From NCBI GenBank assembly GCA_050951545.1, contig JBMNJG010000012.1, forward strand, positions 1 to 64,000: DNA of 64,000 nt, read 5' to 3'. Numbering within the stretch: the first letter of the stretch is position 1; each line of letters begins with the position of its first letter. Under the pieces are notes generated by a model, which saw only the letters and a list, made by a program, of their open reading frames with translations, had not been told where the DNA came from and made no database searches. The DNA is from Limnochordia bacterium (GTDB lineage Bacteria > Bacillota > Limnochordia > DTU080). The position numbers were made by a program, and so were the translations under genes. This document shows, piece by piece, positions 46,984 to 56,541 of this stretch.

Positions 46984-48051
46984 ATGGTCTGGCGAGGGGT
47001 CATTGAGCAGTATCGAAGCTTTCTTCCCGTTGATGAACATACACCTGTGATTAGTCTGCTTGAAGGAGACACTCCGCTGGTTCCAGCGGATAACCTCGCC
47101 AGAATACTGGGCATTGGGGGCCGTCTCTATCTGAAGTATGAGGGCCTCAATCCTACGGGGTCCTTTAAGGACCGAGGGATGACACTAGCTGTCAGTAAAG
47201 CAGTGGAGCAAGGCTCCAAGGCGGTCATGTGCGCGTCCACCGGAAACACGTCAGCCTCTGCGGCCGCCTACGCTGCTCGGGCGGGCATATCGGCCATTGT
47301 GCTTATTCCCGAAGGGGCCATCGCTATGGGCAAGCTCAGCCAAGCGCTGATGCACGGCAGTCGAGTGCTGGCAGTACGGGGTAACTTCGATGATGCCTTG
47401 CGGCTTGTGCGTCAGATCACACAGACGCACCCCATTACTCTGGTAAACTCTCTGAATCCCTACCGCATCGAAGGGCAGAAGACAGCCGCTTTTGAGATCT
47501 GTGAGGCTTTGGGAGAGGCCCCTGATCTTCTAGCCATACCAGTAGGCAATGCTGGAAACATCACTGCCTACTGGAAGGGCTTCTGCGAGTACAGACGCGC
47601 AGGCCACGTTACGAACGCACCTCGCATGCTGGGGTTCCAGGCCGCAGGCTCTGCTCCGATCGTCATAGGCGAACCAGTGGCTGATCCTCAGACGCTGGCA
47701 ACAGCCATCAAGATTGGTAATCCAGCGAGCTGGAAGCAAGCAGAAGCAGCGAGAGACGAATCCGAAGGCCTAATCGAGGCAGTTACGGATGAACAGATCG
47801 TAGAGGCTTACTCTCTGTTAGCAGAGCATGAAGGAGTGTTCTGCGAACCTGCATCCGCTGCTTCGGTAGCAGGGATCATTCAGCTGCAGCGGCAAGGGCG
47901 CTTGGAGGGTGAACCCACGATTGTCTGTGTGCTAACTGGGCACGGTCTGAAGGATCCAGACCGGGCCATTGCAGAGAGTCCAGAGCCCGAAGTGATCGAG
48001 CCTGTGCTAGCAGCGGTGGAGAAGGCCGTCTTGAGTGGAATCTCGCTATGA
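46984..48051 (+). CDS. thrC: Threonine synthase
   Basis: NPTGSFKDRGM, CASTGNT, PVGNAGN, TGHGLKD. Confidence 0.96.
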   Translation: MVWRGVIEQYRSFLPVDEHTPVISLLEGDTPLVPADNLARILGIGGRLYLKYEGLNPTGSFKDRGMTLAVSKAVEQGSKAVMCASTGNTSASAAAYAARAGISAIVLIPEGAIAMGKLSQALMHGSRVLAVRGNFDDALRLVRQITQTHPITLVNSLNPYRIEGQKTAAFEICEALGEAPDLLAIPVGNAGNITAYWKGFCEYRRAGHVTNAPRMLGFQAAGSAPIVIGEPVADPQTLATAIKIGNPASWKQAEAARDESEGLIEAVTDEQIVEAYSLLAEHEGVFCEPASAASVAGIIQLQRQGRLEGEPTIVCVLTGHGLKDPDRAIAESPEPEVIEPVLAAVEKAVLSGISL

Positions 48052-48998
48052 AGACCATTACGACCAGTGAGATGCGCGTTGTGGTGGAAGTGCCAGCCAG
48101 CGCCGCGAATCTAGGAGCGGGATTCGATGTACTAGGTCTGGCACTGGAGCTGCGCAACACCTATGATTTCACGTTCGTAGGCTCCGGAACGTCGATTGCC
48201 ATTGGGGGCGAAGGTGCTGCCAGGCTACCTCGTGACGAAAGACATCTGGGGTATCAAGCTTGCCTACGCACTTTGCATCGACTGGGATATGAACTGACTG
48301 GCTTGCAGCTGCGGCAGGAGAATCTTGTGCCTTTGGCAGGGGGCTTGGGAAATAGTGCGACCGCGGTGGTAGCCGGGGTATTGGCTGCCAATGCTCTGGC
48401 TGGTTACCCGCTGTCATCTCGTGAGGTGCTCGCCGAGGCTACTGCGATTGAAGGTCATCCTGACAATGTAGCGCCAGCTTTGCTGGGGGGGCTCGTCATC
48501 TGCGTGCATCGAGAGGATGGCGAAGTCCAGAACCTCCGGCTTGTGGTGCCGCCGGAACTGGTTGTGGTTGTGGCGGTGCCCGATTTCTGCGTGGACACAA
48601 CGCGTGCTCGTCAGGTCTTACCTAGCCATGTCTCTTTGCAGGATGCTGTCTACAATGTAAGTCGCGCCAGTCTGCTTGTGGGCGCCATGTGCTCAGGCCA
48701 GTTCGAGCATCTCGCGGAGTCTATGCATGACAGGTTGCATCAGCCCTATCGGAAGCACCTCATACCAGGGCTGAGTGAGGTGTGTGCTGCAGCCAGGGGG
48801 GCTGGCGCGGTAGGTGCAGCGCTCTCGGGCGCGGGGCCAACCGTGGTTGCCTTGGCGGTCAGAGGAATGGCCAAACCAGAGGCGATAGGGCAAGCCATGA
48901 TAGAGGCTTTCTCACAGGCAGGAGTGCACGCACGCTACCTGGTTCTGGCTCCCAGTACCACAGGGGCCACGGTAGAGACCGCCCTTGTTGGCGTGTAG
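48048..48998 (+). CDS. thrB: Homoserine kinase
   Basis: PASAANLGAGFDVLG, PLAGGLGNSA, EGHPDN, HQPYR, SGAGPT. Confidence 0.94.
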   Translation: MKTITTSEMRVVVEVPASAANLGAGFDVLGLALELRNTYDFTFVGSGTSIAIGGEGAARLPRDERHLGYQACLRTLHRLGYELTGLQLRQENLVPLAGGLGNSATAVVAGVLAANALAGYPLSSREVLAEATAIEGHPDNVAPALLGGLVICVHREDGEVQNLRLVVPPELVVVVAVPDFCVDTTRARQVLPSHVSLQDAVYNVSRASLLVGAMCSGQFEHLAESMHDRLHQPYRKHLIPGLSEVCAAARGAGAVGAALSGAGPTVVALAVRGMAKPEAIGQAMIEAFSQAGVHARYLVLAPSTTGATVETALVGV

Positions 48999-49033
48999 CA
49001 GGTCTCATGTAGCTTCTCTCGGGGGAATGATGA

Positions 49034-50245
49034 TTGAGAGTCATAGTGCAGAAATACGGTGGAAGCTCGGTAAAGGACCCGGATCGGATCAAACGCGTGG
49101 CATCACGGTTGGTAAAGGCACGTGATGAGGGCGGCGCGGTAATCGCTGTCGTGTCCGCCATGGGTGACACGACGGATGAGCTGATAGCCAAGGCGCGGCA
49201 GATCACGTCTCGTCCGTCGCGACGAGAGATGGATATGCTCTTGTCGACTGGTGAACAGATATCGATCGCTCTCTTGGCTATGGCCATTGGCAGCATGGGG
49301 TACCCGGTGGTATCTCTGACGGGGCAGCAGGTCGGGATACGGACGGATAATGTGCATATGAAGGCTCGTATTCAGCATGTGGAGTCGGCCCGCCTGCTCA
49401 AGGAACTCAACGCCGGACGTATCGTCATTGTGGCAGGTTTCCAGGGCGTTGACGGCCATGATGACATCACAACGCTGGGACGCGGTGGGTCCGACACCAC
49501 AGCTGTTGCTCTCGCTGCTGCGGTACAGGCCGAGGTCTGTGAGATTCACACGGATGTCGACGGGGTATACACCGCAGATCCGCGTCTTGTGACGAACGCT
49601 CGGAGACTCGCAGATATTTCCTACGGCGAGATGCTTGAGATGGCAAGTCTGGGGGCAGTGGTCCTGCAGCCGCGTTCAGTGGAGTACGCGGCCACGCACG
49701 GTGTACGCATTCATGTCCGCAATAGCTCGAATGATAAGCCTGGCACCATTGTACAGGAGGAACGCTGCATGGAAAAAGACATGGTGGTAGTGGGGGTGGC
49801 CCACGACACCAATGTGGCCAAAGTGGCCATGTTGAATGTGCCGGACCGCCCCGGCGTCGCCCACAGGATCTTCTCATGCCTCGCAGAGGCTGGCATTAAC
49901 GTAGACATGATTGTTCAGACGAGCAAAGAACGTCACGTGACGGATATGGTCTTCTCCATAAACAGCGATGACGCAACGCAGGCGCGGGAGCTGACAGAGG
50001 CTCTTGCTCGCGAGCTAGGGGCTGGCGAGGTGCTGGTCGATGATACCGTCGGCAAGGTGTCTATCGTTGGGGCTGGCATGGTAAGCAATCCCGGAGTGGC
50101 AGCCCGGATGTTCGAAGCCTTGGCGGAAGCAGACATAAATATCCAGGTGATCAGCACCTCTGAGATCAAAGTCTCCTGCCTGATCGCAGCAGAGCATATC
50201 GATCGTGCCGTACGTGCACTTCATGCGAAGTTCGGGTTGGGTTAG
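49034..50245 (+). CDS. lysC: Aspartokinase II (alpha subunit)
   Basis: [33 protein letters not shown], two ACT domains. Confidence 0.95.
   Translation: MRVIVQKYGGSSVKDPDRIKRVASRLVKARDEGGAVIAVVSAMGDTTDELIAKARQITSRPSRREMDMLLSTGEQISIALLAMAIGSMGYPVVSLTGQQVGIRTDNVHMKARIQHVESARLLKELNAGRIVIVAGFQGVDGHDDITTLGRGGSDTTAVALAAAVQAEVCEIHTDVDGVYTADPRLVTNARRLADISYGEMLEMASLGAVVLQPRSVEYAATHGVRIHVRNSSNDKPGTIVQEERCMEKDMVVVGVAHDTNVAKVAMLNVPDRPGVAHRIFSCLAEAGINVDMIVQTSKERHVTDMVFSINSDDATQARELTEALARELGAGEVLVDDTVGKVSIVGAGMVSNPGVAARMFEALAEADINIQVISTSEIKVSCLIAAEHIDRAVRALHAKFGLG
49769..50245 (+). CDS. lysC: Aspartokinase beta subunit from an internal in-frame start
   Basis: AGGAGG at 49755-49760, 8 nt before an in-frame ATG (codon 246) at the start of the ACT region. 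Confidence 0.7.
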   Translation: MEKDMVVVGVAHDTNVAKVAMLNVPDRPGVAHRIFSCLAEAGINVDMIVQTSKERHVTDMVFSINSDDATQARELTEALARELGAGEVLVDDTVGKVSIVGAGMVSNPGVAARMFEALAEADINIQVISTSEIKVSCLIAAEHIDRAVRALHAKFGLG

Positions 50246-51393
50246 ACCAGCCCTCGTCCCAAGCCCTCCAAGATGCCTACTGCAGCGGTTAGCTGTTCGA
50301 TGGCGACGTACTCGTCAGCACTATGTGCTTGCGCGAGGTTGCCTGGGCCAAACACGGCCGAATGAGGGATTCCCAGTTCTGTTGCTATCACCGCTGCATC
50401 GGTATAAGCTTCGAAGCCTATGGCGGGTGGCGGTGAGCCCGTAGCCTCCAGGTAGGCCTTGTGAAACCAGCTTATCAGGGGGGAGTCAGCGTCACATTCC
50501 ACTGGCTGCAACGGCTCCCCCATGACCCTGGCCTCTGCTGTCAGGCCTGGGAGGCGTGCAGCCGCTGATTGCAGCGTCTGCTGGACAAGTTGGATACCGA
50601 AAGCAGTAGTCTGAGGCGGGACGAGCACGAGATCGAGGTGTGCTTGACAACGATCAGCCACCATGCTAGGGCTCGTCCCTCCCTGGATCCAACCAGCTGA
50701 GATCAGCGCTCGTCCCAGTGTGGGATGATCCTCCGGCAGCTGGGAGACGATTGTCTTCAGCTGATCGATGGCCATCGCCATGCCGTGGATGGCATCGATG
50801 CCCAGATAGGCGCGTCCAGCGTGAGCGGCGCGTCCCCGTGTAGTGACATCAAACCAGATCTCGCCTTTGTGGGCTAGGGCCAACTGTAAGGAGGTCGGCT
50901 CCAGGGCTAGAAGCCAGCTTTCTGGGCTGAGCAGGCCAGTACGTGTCAAGGCGCGGGCGCCTAGCAGACCCTCACCCTCCTCATCTACTGTAACGGCAAG
51001 GATCAGCTCTCTTTGAGGTTGTATCCCCGCTTTCCTCAGGTTGGCCATAGCCACGAGACCCGCGGCCAAGCCCCCTTTCATGTCAGCAGCACCTCGGCCA
51101 TAGAGTCTGCCGTCTCGCACTTCGCCACTAAAGGCCTCAGCCCTGGTGTGCGTTTCCGCTGGCACTGTGTCTATGTGTGCAAGCCAAACCACCGGAGGTC
51201 CGACTTTTGGTGGACCTAGTCTGATGAGCAGGTTGTCGCGCCCTGAGATGACGGGAACTCTTTTGCATGAGAGACCCGCTTGCAGGGCCCAGGCCTCCAC
51301 GAATGCGATACCCGCAGCCTCATCTCCAGGGGGATTCTCGGTGGGTATCTGTATCAGAGCTTGAGTCAGACCTACTACATCGGTGACATGCAC
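50242..51393 (-). CDS. M20 family metallohydrolase (ArgE/DapE-like)
   Basis: [28 protein letters not shown]. Confidence 0.9.
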   Translation of the reverse strand: MHVTDVVGLTQALIQIPTENPPGDEAAGIAFVEAWALQAGLSCKRVPVISGRDNLLIRLGPPKVGPPVVWLAHIDTVPAETHTRAEAFSGEVRDGRLYGRGAADMKGGLAAGLVAMANLRKAGIQPQRELILAVTVDEEGEGLLGARALTRTGLLSPESWLLALEPTSLQLALAHKGEIWFDVTTRGRAAHAGRAYLGIDAIHGMAMAIDQLKTIVSQLPEDHPTLGRALISAGWIQGGTSPSMVADRCQAHLDLVLVPPQTTAFGIQLVQQTLQSAAARLPGLTAEARVMGEPLQPVECDADSPLISWFHKAYLEATGSPPPAIGFEAYTDAAVIATELGIPHSAVFGPGNLAQAHSADEYVAIEQLTAAVGILEGLGRGLV

Positions 51394-52214
51394 TTTGCAG
51401 CTCTCCTTATCTCATCCGACGAGGGCGTTTGTGTGCGAGTGGCCCCGATCTCGGCGCGCAGTAGGTCCATCACTCTCTTCCGAATGGCGATGAACTGCGA
51501 TGTGGTTTCCAACCCCGCTTTTCTCGGACGCGGCATCACCACCGGGATCTCCTCTTTGACCCTTCCTGGACGCGAAGTCATGCAGTAGATACGATCAGAC
51601 AGTAAGACAGCTTCTTCCACATCATGGGTTACAAAGACAACCGTGACGCGGTGCTGTTCCCATACTTCGCACAGGAGTTCTTGCATCATCCCACGCGTCT
51701 GCGCGTCTAGAGCACCGAAGGGTTCATCCATAAGAAGAATGGCTGGTTGAGCGGCGAACGCCCTAGCGATAGCCACTCGCTGGCGCATGCCGCCAGAAAG
51801 CTGCGTGGGATAGGCTTTCGCGAAGTCTGTGAGACCCACTGAAGCCAAGTACTCCATGGCCACTTCTTCGCGTTCACGGTTGCCGAGGCGCTGTTTGCGA
51901 AGTGGGAAAAGCACATTGTCCACGACGGTGAGCCAGGGAAACAGCGTGTAGCTCTGAAAGACCATCCCTCGATCGGGGCCTGGCCCTACTACAGGTTCGC
52001 CGTCAACCAGGATACTGCCACCCTCAGTCTCCGTCAAACCTGCCACCATGCGCAGAAACGTGGATTTTCCACATCCCGAAGGGCCGACCAAAGCCACAAA
52101 CTCATTCTCCATGGCTGTGAGCGAGAAACCGTCGAGTGCCTCAACCGTGGAGTCAGCGAGACCGAAACGCTTGACCACGTCACGGGCCTCTAGTTTTGCC
52201 TGCATCTGGGACAT
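51375..52214 (-). CDS. NitT/TauT-type ABC transporter ATPase
   Basis: GPSGCGKST, LSGGMRQR, MDEPFGALD, VTHD; start at ATG 52214 after AAGGAG. Confidence 0.93.
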   Translation of the reverse strand: MSQMQAKLEARDVVKRFGLADSTVEALDGFSLTAMENEFVALVGPSGCGKSTFLRMVAGLTETEGGSILVDGEPVVGPGPDRGMVFQSYTLFPWLTVVDNVLFPLRKQRLGNREREEVAMEYLASVGLTDFAKAYPTQLSGGMRQRVAIARAFAAQPAILLMDEPFGALDAQTRGMMQELLCEVWEQHRVTVVFVTHDVEEAVLLSDRIYCMTSRPGRVKEEIPVVMPRPRKAGLETTSQFIAIRKRVMDLLRAEIGATRTQTPSSDEIRRAAKCMSPM

Positions 52215-52216
52215 AT

Positions 52217-53077
52217 CTAGTCGCGCTCCTTCATCCAGGGGAAGACCCGCCGGTAGACGAATTTGAGACTGAGGTCGGTGATCATACCTAGAATCCCAAT
52301 AACCACGATACCCAGGATGATCACGTCTGTAGCCAAGTAGCGTTGGGCAGCCATGATGCGATACCCCAAGCCTGTGTTTGCAGCAACTAGCTCGGCTACC
52401 ACGAGGTACGTCCATGCCCATCCGATGGTCAGGCGAAAGGTATCGAAAATGCCGGGAAGTGAATAGGGGAGAACCACTCGCCAGAGCACTTCCCACTTGG
52501 AGTAGCCGAATGTATAGGCTACGTTGATCAGGTCTTTGGGCACGCTCTTGACATTGTCAGCAATCATCAACACCTCTTGTACGAAGGTGCCTAGGAAGAT
52601 GATCACAAACTTCTGGCTATCGCCTACACCTACCCACAGGATGGTGAGTGGAATCAGAGCCACTACGGGCATGTAGCGGGTGAGTGCTATCGGGACATCG
52701 AAGAGGGCCTCAAAGAAGCGGAAGTTCCCTATGAGAAGCCCTAAGGGCACGGCAACGAGGGTGGAGATCGCCCAGCCGACCATGATTCGGTAGATGCTCG
52801 CCAACGTATCGGTCCACAGGGTGCCATCGGTGATCATGTGCACTGCCGCTTCACAGATGGCTTTCGGACCAGGCAGGAATATCGGATCGACGAGGCCACT
52901 CTGTGTGACGAGGATCCAGGCGACGAGGGTCACGATGACGAGACTGACACTCGCTAGCGCATAGACACGAGGAGAGATCTCTTCCCTGAGGGGGAGCAGT
53001 CCTGTACGCACGCCTGCTGATCCTCGTCCTGCACTGAGGCCGGGGCGAGTTCGACTTCGCTCAACGTTCAATTGCAT
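52217..53077 (-). CDS. NitT/TauT-type ABC transporter permease
   Basis: FLPGP, LPYSLPGIF, AWTYLVVAELV, GLGY. Confidence 0.92.
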   Translation of the reverse strand: MQLNVERSRTRPGLSAGRGSAGVRTGLLPLREEISPRVYALASVSLVIVTLVAWILVTQSGLVDPIFLPGPKAICEAAVHMITDGTLWTDTLASIYRIMVGWAISTLVAVPLGLLIGNFRFFEALFDVPIALTRYMPVVALIPLTILWVGVGDSQKFVIIFLGTFVQEVLMIADNVKSVPKDLINVAYTFGYSKWEVLWRVVLPYSLPGIFDTFRLTIGWAWTYLVVAELVAANTGLGYRIMAAQRYLATDVIILGIVVIGILGMITDLSLKFVYRRVFPWMKERD

Positions 53078-53164
53078 ATCCTCCAGTTATTTCCCAGGTA
53101 ACCCCTAAGAGCTGCCCCACGCGTTACTTACGACCCGCGGGGCAGCCCTTTGCTCACCGGCCGA

Positions 53165-54119
53165 CTACGGGAGATAGGTAGTGCTCAGCAGTGTATCCGG
53201 ATTAGGCGTGGAGCTTATCCAGCCATTGGATCGCATCACCTGGCCGACCTCGCGGACGACGTCCTCCAAAATCGCCTCTGAAGGCTGTCTTGGCTTCCTT
53301 TAGGCCGTAGAACTTTACTCCGGCTAGCGCAGGCTCTAGCTCTTCCAGAGAGCTCTCGACGTTGCGAGCGATGATGGCTTTGGCTTCCTTCGGATTGGAG
53401 GCCATGAAACCCAGGGCATCCTGCCAGGCGAGAAGCATGGCTCGGACAGCCTCTGGGTTCTTCTCCAGCACATCAGGTCGGAAGGCTAGTGCGTCAGAGA
53501 TCAGGCCGGGCTTCGACCGTGCTGAGTAGATGAGGCTGTGCTTGTCGGAACGTTTGAGGGCCGCGGTGAGGTAGGGCTCGTAGGTGACAGCCACATCAAC
53601 GCGCCCTGCGATAAGCGCCGAACCAGCATCCGCCGCTGGCATCGGAACCGGACGGATATCCGACTTTGACATACCGTTTTTCTGCAGTGCGTATGTGAGG
53701 AGCAGGTCGCTGGTAGTTACCTCCTCAAAGGCTACGCGCTTGTTGCGCAGATCCTTCACACCCTTAATGCTGGAGCTTGCTATGATAGCGTCTGCCTCAT
53801 AGGAGGCGTCCATCAGTAAGACTAGTCGCACATCCACACCCCGATCTACAAACTTGATGGCGGTGTGTGTAGCGATGTTGGCTCCCTCCAGGCGCTTAGA
53901 AGCTAGAGCTGCATTAACGTCCTGATCCTGAACGAAATTCACTAGCTGAACATTAACTCCGCGGGCTCTGAAGAACCCTTTTTCCTGAGCGATCCACCAT
54001 GGGCCATAGCCTAGCCAAGGCTGGGTGCCGATACGAAGAGTGGGAGCAGCAGACGCAAGCGATGACACGGCAAACATCAGTGCGAGGGCCATAAGAGCAA
54101 ACCGGTGCCAGACTCTCAT
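53165..54119 (-). CDS. NMT1/SsuA/THI5-like solute-binding protein with a probable frameshift near the 3' end
   Basis: Signal peptide; WLGYGPWWIAQEKGFF, VTYEPY; the uninterrupted frame stops at 53202, while the shifted frame gives a family-like end (..GWISSTPNPDTLLSTTYLP*) at 53165. Confidence 0.8.
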
Positions 54120-54261
54120 TAGATCATAACTCCTTCTTCTGGTGCGCTCACGCTTGGACGGCAGGCATAGCAGCTTGCCAAGCCGGGAGCAGCGCCACGT
54201 CGATAGGTACACTGCTAGAGATTAGACATTGGGTATCGGTGTTCCTATCACACGTTAACTC

Positions 54262-54290
54262 TTGCGTTCCATCTCAAGCTATGATATCAT
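54262..54290 (+). promoter_or_regulatory. Sigma-A promoter of tRNA-Pro
   Basis: TTGCGT-N17-TATCAT with an extended TG. Confidence 0.6.
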
Positions 54291-54315
54291 CATCAACGCT
54301 GGATCGTATACAGAA

Positions 54316-54393
54316 CGGGCTGTGGCGCAGTTTGGCTAGCGCGCTTGACTGGGGGTCAAGAGGTCGCAGGTTCGAATCCTGTCAGCCCGACCA
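54316..54393 (+). tRNA. tRNA-Pro (anticodon GGG)
   Basis: Acceptor stem CGGGCTG/CAGCCCG, anticodon arm CTTGA-CTGGGGG-TCAAG, T-loop TTCGAAT, encoded CCA. Confidence 0.96.
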
Positions 54394-54397
54394 AGAG

Positions 54398-54440
54398 AAA
54401 CACCTCCACGAAGCTGTTTTCGGGAGGTGTTTCCTGTTTG
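54398..54440 (+). terminator. Terminator after the tRNA
   Basis: AAACACCTCC/GGAGGTGTTT followed by CCTGTTT. Confidence 0.65.
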
Positions 54441-54498
54441 TTGGGGTGCCCAGAACGGTTTGACTGTATTATTCTGTACAGTAGGGTTCAGCTAGGAG

Positions 54499-55095
54499 GT
54501 GGTGGTCGTGAGGGTCTGCGTTGACGCAGGGCATGGTTATCCAGATCCAGGGGCAGTGGGGCCATCAGGCTTGGGCGAGGCTGATGTTACTCTTCTGTGT
54601 GCGCAGGCGATGGCTGACCAGCTGAAGGCTTTGGGGCACCAGGTAGTACTGACGCGCGAAGACCGTAACGCCTTGGATCGCGACAAGGCCACTGACCTAA
54701 CGGCGAGAGCACGCAAAGCGAACAATGCTAGGTGTGATGCGTTTGTGAGCATCCACTGCAACTCGGTTGCGGATCGCGCTGCGAATGGCAGCGAGACATG
54801 GCATTACCCACGTAGCACTCTCGGCAAGCGGTTGGCCGAACACCTACAGGCGGCCCTTGTAAACACGGGGCTGCTACGGGACCGCGGTATCAGGCAGAGC
54901 GCTGGCTTGGCTGTGCTTCGCTTGACTGGGATGCCGGCGGCATTGGTGGAATTGGGGTTTCTGTCAAACCCAGAGGAGGAAGAACGGTTCTCCGACGCGG
55001 AATGGCTATCGCGTGTGGCCAAAGCCTTGGCGGATGCTGTAGACAAATGGGGGCAAAGTCAGTCATCGGAGACACCCCAATCCCCGCCCGCTTGA
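54499..55095 (+). CDS. Standalone N-acetylmuramoyl-L-alanine amidase (Amidase_3)
   Basis: DAGHG, E, LTR, SIHCNS, LVELGFLSN; no signal peptide or wall-binding domain. Confidence 0.9.
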   Translation: MVVVRVCVDAGHGYPDPGAVGPSGLGEADVTLLCAQAMADQLKALGHQVVLTREDRNALDRDKATDLTARARKANNARCDAFVSIHCNSVADRAANGSETWHYPRSTLGKRLAEHLQAALVNTGLLRDRGIRQSAGLAVLRLTGMPAALVELGFLSNPEEEERFSDAEWLSRVAKALADAVDKWGQSQSSETPQSPPA

Positions 55096-55147
55096 CGCTA
55101 TCCTGGCCAAGGCACAGAGTGTCGGGCGTCATGCGACGAGGGTCGCA

Positions 55148-55174
55148 GGGCCCCGGGTGGTGTACACGGGGCCC
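55148..55174. terminator. Hairpin between convergent genes
   Basis: GGGCCCCG/CGGGGCCC. Confidence 0.45.
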
Positions 55175-55189
55175 CAGCAACGATCTCTG

Positions 55190-56512
55190 TTAGTCTGCGC
55201 TCCAGTAGGCATCCACAATGGCTTGGGCCTGGCGGGCGGCCTCGGTCAGGGCAGCGTCTGGTGCTTCGTCGCCTCGCATCGATGAACGCAGGGCATTACC
55301 GAACAGAACAGCCACTTCGTTACTGAAGGGGTACAAGGGCATGCGTGCGGCGCGCGTCAAGGCCTCGATGACCACATTCCAGTACGGGTTGATGCGCCAG
55401 TAGGCCGGGTTACGGCTGAACTTGATGACCGGCGACGCACGCTCTTGGAGGAGCATGAACGAGCCGGCGGTCTCCTTTTTTAGGGTGAGGCACTCCACAA
55501 GGTCCCAGGACAGCTCGGGGCTCTTGGCTCCAGTGGGCACCGCATAGTGGTACGTATTCGCGTGAATCCCGGGTGTACCGCCCAGCTCTTTCGTTGGCCG
55601 TAGCGCCACTCCGTAACGCAGTTCGGGGGCTTGGTCCTTGATGAAACTGAAGTTCCACGAACCCTCAAAGTTGAATGCAAGTTTGCCTGTGATGAAGGCA
55701 TTTAGCCGACGGTTCTGCGATGAGCCGACTGCCGCATCCAGCGCGCGTAGACCACCGACGTAGAAGCGGTTGAAGTGATCATGAAGGAACTCACCAACGG
55801 CAATGCCTTCCGGCTTGCCGAACAGAACCTCCTTGCCGTCATCAGAGTATAGAGACGCACCGCCAGCTACAAGCCAGGCGGGAGAAGGCATATCCCCTCC
55901 GTGTGGCGTGAAGGCGGCTCGGGCGATCGTGGTATCCCCATCGTACCGCACCAAGCGCTTTGACATCTCGTTGAGCTCAAGCCAAGTCTGCGGAACCGAG
56001 GCGAGTCCGGCGTTGTCCAGCACGTCGATGTTGTAGAACATTAGGCTGTTGGAGTCGCCTCCTGTGCGGATCGGCAACCCGTATATGTCGCCTTTCCAAC
56101 GCCCCGACTCAATCTCAGCCGGAAACCACGTATCCTCGGTGATTCCTTCCCGGTCCAACCAGGGCGTCAGGGAGATCAGGGCACCTGAGTCGGCGATGGC
56201 AGGGATGTTGGCAGCGGAGATCATGACGACGTCAGGAGCCACGCCGCCGGCATACGACGTGAGGAAGGCTTCCATCAGGGCATTGCCGCAGTTGGTCAGC
56301 TGGATGCTAACTGTGACACCGGGGTGTTCTTTCTCAAACAGATCGATCATCTCTTCAACCATGGGCGCTCTGTGTCCACCCCAACAGTGAAGCAGGGCTA
56401 GCTCTTGTGCTGCGACGGCTTGGGAAACCAGCGTGAAGAGGAGACAGCCGAGTGAGAACACAACAAATGTTGTCAGGTACCGTTCGTTGTTACTCCGATA
56501 CGTCATTCTCAT
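55190..56512 (-). CDS. Sugar-type ABC extracellular solute-binding protein (family 1)
   Basis: Signal peptide, FEKEHPGVTV, GVAPDV, YGLP, FYNIDVL, PQTW.EL, GKLAF..GSW. Confidence 0.88.
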   Translation of the reverse strand: MRMTYRSNNERYLTTFVVFSLGCLLFTLVSQAVAAQELALLHCWGGHRAPMVEEMIDLFEKEHPGVTVSIQLTNCGNALMEAFLTSYAGGVAPDVVMISAANIPAIADSGALISLTPWLDREGITEDTWFPAEIESGRWKGDIYGLPIRTGGDSNSLMFYNIDVLDNAGLASVPQTWLELNEMSKRLVRYDGDTTIARAAFTPHGGDMPSPAWLVAGGASLYSDDGKEVLFGKPEGIAVGEFLHDHFNRFYVGGLRALDAAVGSSQNRRLNAFITGKLAFNFEGSWNFSFIKDQAPELRYGVALRPTKELGGTPGIHANTYHYAVPTGAKSPELSWDLVECLTLKKETAGSFMLLQERASPVIKFSRNPAYWRINPYWNVVIEALTRAARMPLYPFSNEVAVLFGNALRSSMRGDEAPDAALTEAARQAQAIVDAYWSAD

Positions 56513-56541
56513 TACACCTCGTTTCGTGAAGAGCATTTGTG

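Noticed and set aside
52215-52496. N-terminal extension of the ABC ATPase ORF
   Set aside because: It overlaps the permease in another frame; the true start is ATG 52214 with a good RBS
54120-54260. TPP or guanidine riboswitch upstream of the NitT/TauT operon
   Set aside because: I could not find the TPP core (CUGAGA), paired ACGR hairpins or ykkC motifs on the minus strand
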